Shown here: positions 30,584-31,423 of the stretch, in pieces
How the letters are laid out: every line of letters begins with the position of its first letter
How positions within the stretch are numbered: the stretch's first letter is position 1
Source: a virus
Strand: one strand, 5' to 3'
IMG/VR virus record: IMGVR_UViG_3300019458_000019
Span: 1-31,423 of that record
Length of the DNA stretch: 31,423 nt
Position numbers and translations under genes: made by a program
The notes under the pieces: generated by a model
What the model saw: the letters and a program-made list of their open reading frames with translations, nothing else
Databases searched by the model: none
What the model was told of the DNA's origin: nothing

Positions 30584-30999
30584 GTTTTGTTTCTATCATC
30601 GCCGAAATCATCAGCATCCTCGGCACAATCCCCGAAATCAAAGAAGTCCACAACTTTGACAAGGGCAAGTTCACTGGCTATCCCGCAGCGGTTGTCTATC
30701 CAAGCGAGAACAGCAGTGATTTTGAAACCACAACACAGAACCTGCGGCAGTATGTTTTCACCATCCGCGTCCATGTTCCATTGGAAAAGGTCGGTACGCT
30801 GGATCACCAGACCGCAGACCGCATCCTGCGCGAAACGCTTGATGCTATCATTGCCAAGTTTGACAACTTGTTCACCCTCAATGGCGTGGTCAACTTTGTG
30901 AACGCAACGCCCTCGGTTTGGGGCTACCAAACCCGTGAAACGGGGGGCTTGCGGGTTTCTGAAGTGCGCCTCGCTTGCAACAAGTTGGCAACAATATGA
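30580..30999 (+). CDS. Tail completion / tail terminator protein (by position)
   Basis: 139 aa with an ATGA overlap. It is the last gene before the major tail gene. Confidence 0.5.
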   Translation: MSFVSIIAEIISILGTIPEIKEVHNFDKGKFTGYPAAVVYPSENSSDFETTTQNLRQYVFTIRVHVPLEKVGTLDHQTADRILRETLDAIIAKFDNLFTLNGVVNFVNATPSVWGYQTRETGGLRVSEVRLACNKLATI

Positions 31000-31005
31000 T
31001 ATACT
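30997..31005 (+). promoter_or_regulatory. Extended -10-like element TGATATACT overlapping a stop codon
   Basis: The same 10-mer, TGATATACTG, occurs at 10977 and 26046. Confidence 0.3.
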
Positions 31006-31025
31006 GAAACCATAACCACACCCCT

Positions 31026-31181
31026 ATGAGCAAAACGAAACCATCAGCAGAGGAAAAGGCGGATCAGCAGTTCTTTTTCCCCTGTTGCCAAGTGACCCTC
31101 ACTGCTGAAAATCTTGAAGCAGCAACTGCGGGACATAACGCAGCCGCGCATCAAGGAAACGAACCCTCAAGCCCTCGCTAA
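31026..31181 (+). CDS. Possible small ORF (51 aa)
   Basis: ATG at 31026 to TAA at 31179-31181. It fills the gap before the major tail gene, but its composition is not compelling. Confidence 0.3.
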   Translation: MSKTKPSAEEKADQQFFFPCCQVTLTAENLEAATAGHNAAAHQGNEPSSPR

Positions 31182-31199
31182 TCCGACCAGTGAAATATA

Positions 31200-31423
31200 A
31201 TGAGTACCATCATTGGGCGACAAGTTGACCTCGGCATTGCAAAAGAAAGTGTCCGTGGCACGGCAGTTGCCCCTACGTTTTGGCTTCCCTTGCTCACAAA
31301 AAATGTTGAAGATACTTTTGCCGTAGTCATTGATGATGCCCCTGTCGGCGTGATTGAGGGCGATGAGGACAGCCAAGTGGTCAAGAAATGGGCTGCTGGC
31401 GATATTGAAGGATATGTCCGCGA
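31200..31423 (+). CDS. Major tail (tube) protein, N-terminal portion (continues at base 2 via the terminal overlap)
   Basis: The ATG at 31200 starts MSTIIGRQVDLGIAKESVRGTAV.... The frame runs into the 31301-31423 repeat and matches the 2..877 frame. Confidence 0.6.
   Translation, partial: MSTIIGRQVDLGIAKESVRGTAVAPTFWLPLLTKNVEDTFAVVIDDAPVGVIEGDEDSQVVKKWAAGDIEGYVR

Noticed and set aside
1-31423. Integrase, excisionase, partition or replication genes that would indicate a temperate or plasmid-prophage lifestyle
   Set aside because: I recognised no tyrosine or serine recombinase, ParA/ParB, polymerase, primase or helicase motifs in any ORF. This absence rests on motif reading only and needs a profile search to confirm.

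Overview
The window looks like a complete ~31.3-kb tailed-phage (siphovirus-type, HK97-fold capsid) genome. It was assembled as a circle or with terminal redundancy: bases 1-123 are identical to 31301-31423, and this overlap lies inside the major tail gene. Every credible gene is on the + strand, and packing is tight, with about 15 ATGA stop/start overlaps. Order of modules: (1) tail: tube, G/GT chaperone with an A_AAA_AAA -1 frameshift site, tape measure, 504-aa and 161-aa tail proteins, and a 1115-aa lectin-rich fibre; (2) lysis: XhlA-like protein, Amidase_2 endolysin, 2-TM holin, membrane-anchored SLT transglycosylase; (3) a strong terminator followed by a near-consensus sigma70-type promoter; (4) early region: HExxH protease, a LexA DNA-binding-domain-only regulator, recombination genes, HNH, two PD-(D/E)xK-type nucleases, and many small zinc-ribbon and C2H2 zinc-finger ORFs; (5) packaging and head: TerS/TerL, portal, an atypical repeat-containing 507-aa gene plus two small ORFs, MuF, protease-scaffold fusion, HK97-type capsid, head-tail joining genes. 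I found no integrase, DNA polymerase, primase, helicase, tRNA or CRISPR array. The murein hydrolases and TTGACA/TATAAT-like promoters point to a bacterial host. Most worth follow-up: the protease plus truncated-LexA switch-like locus with a leaderless-configured regulator; classical C2H2 zinc fingers within a swarm of Cys-rich ORFs; a 440-nt non-coding hub with phased repeats and a candidate sRNA; a duplicated late regulatory cassette upstream of portal and protease; and the insert between portal and MuF. All family assignments are motif recognition by eye. No database search was run.
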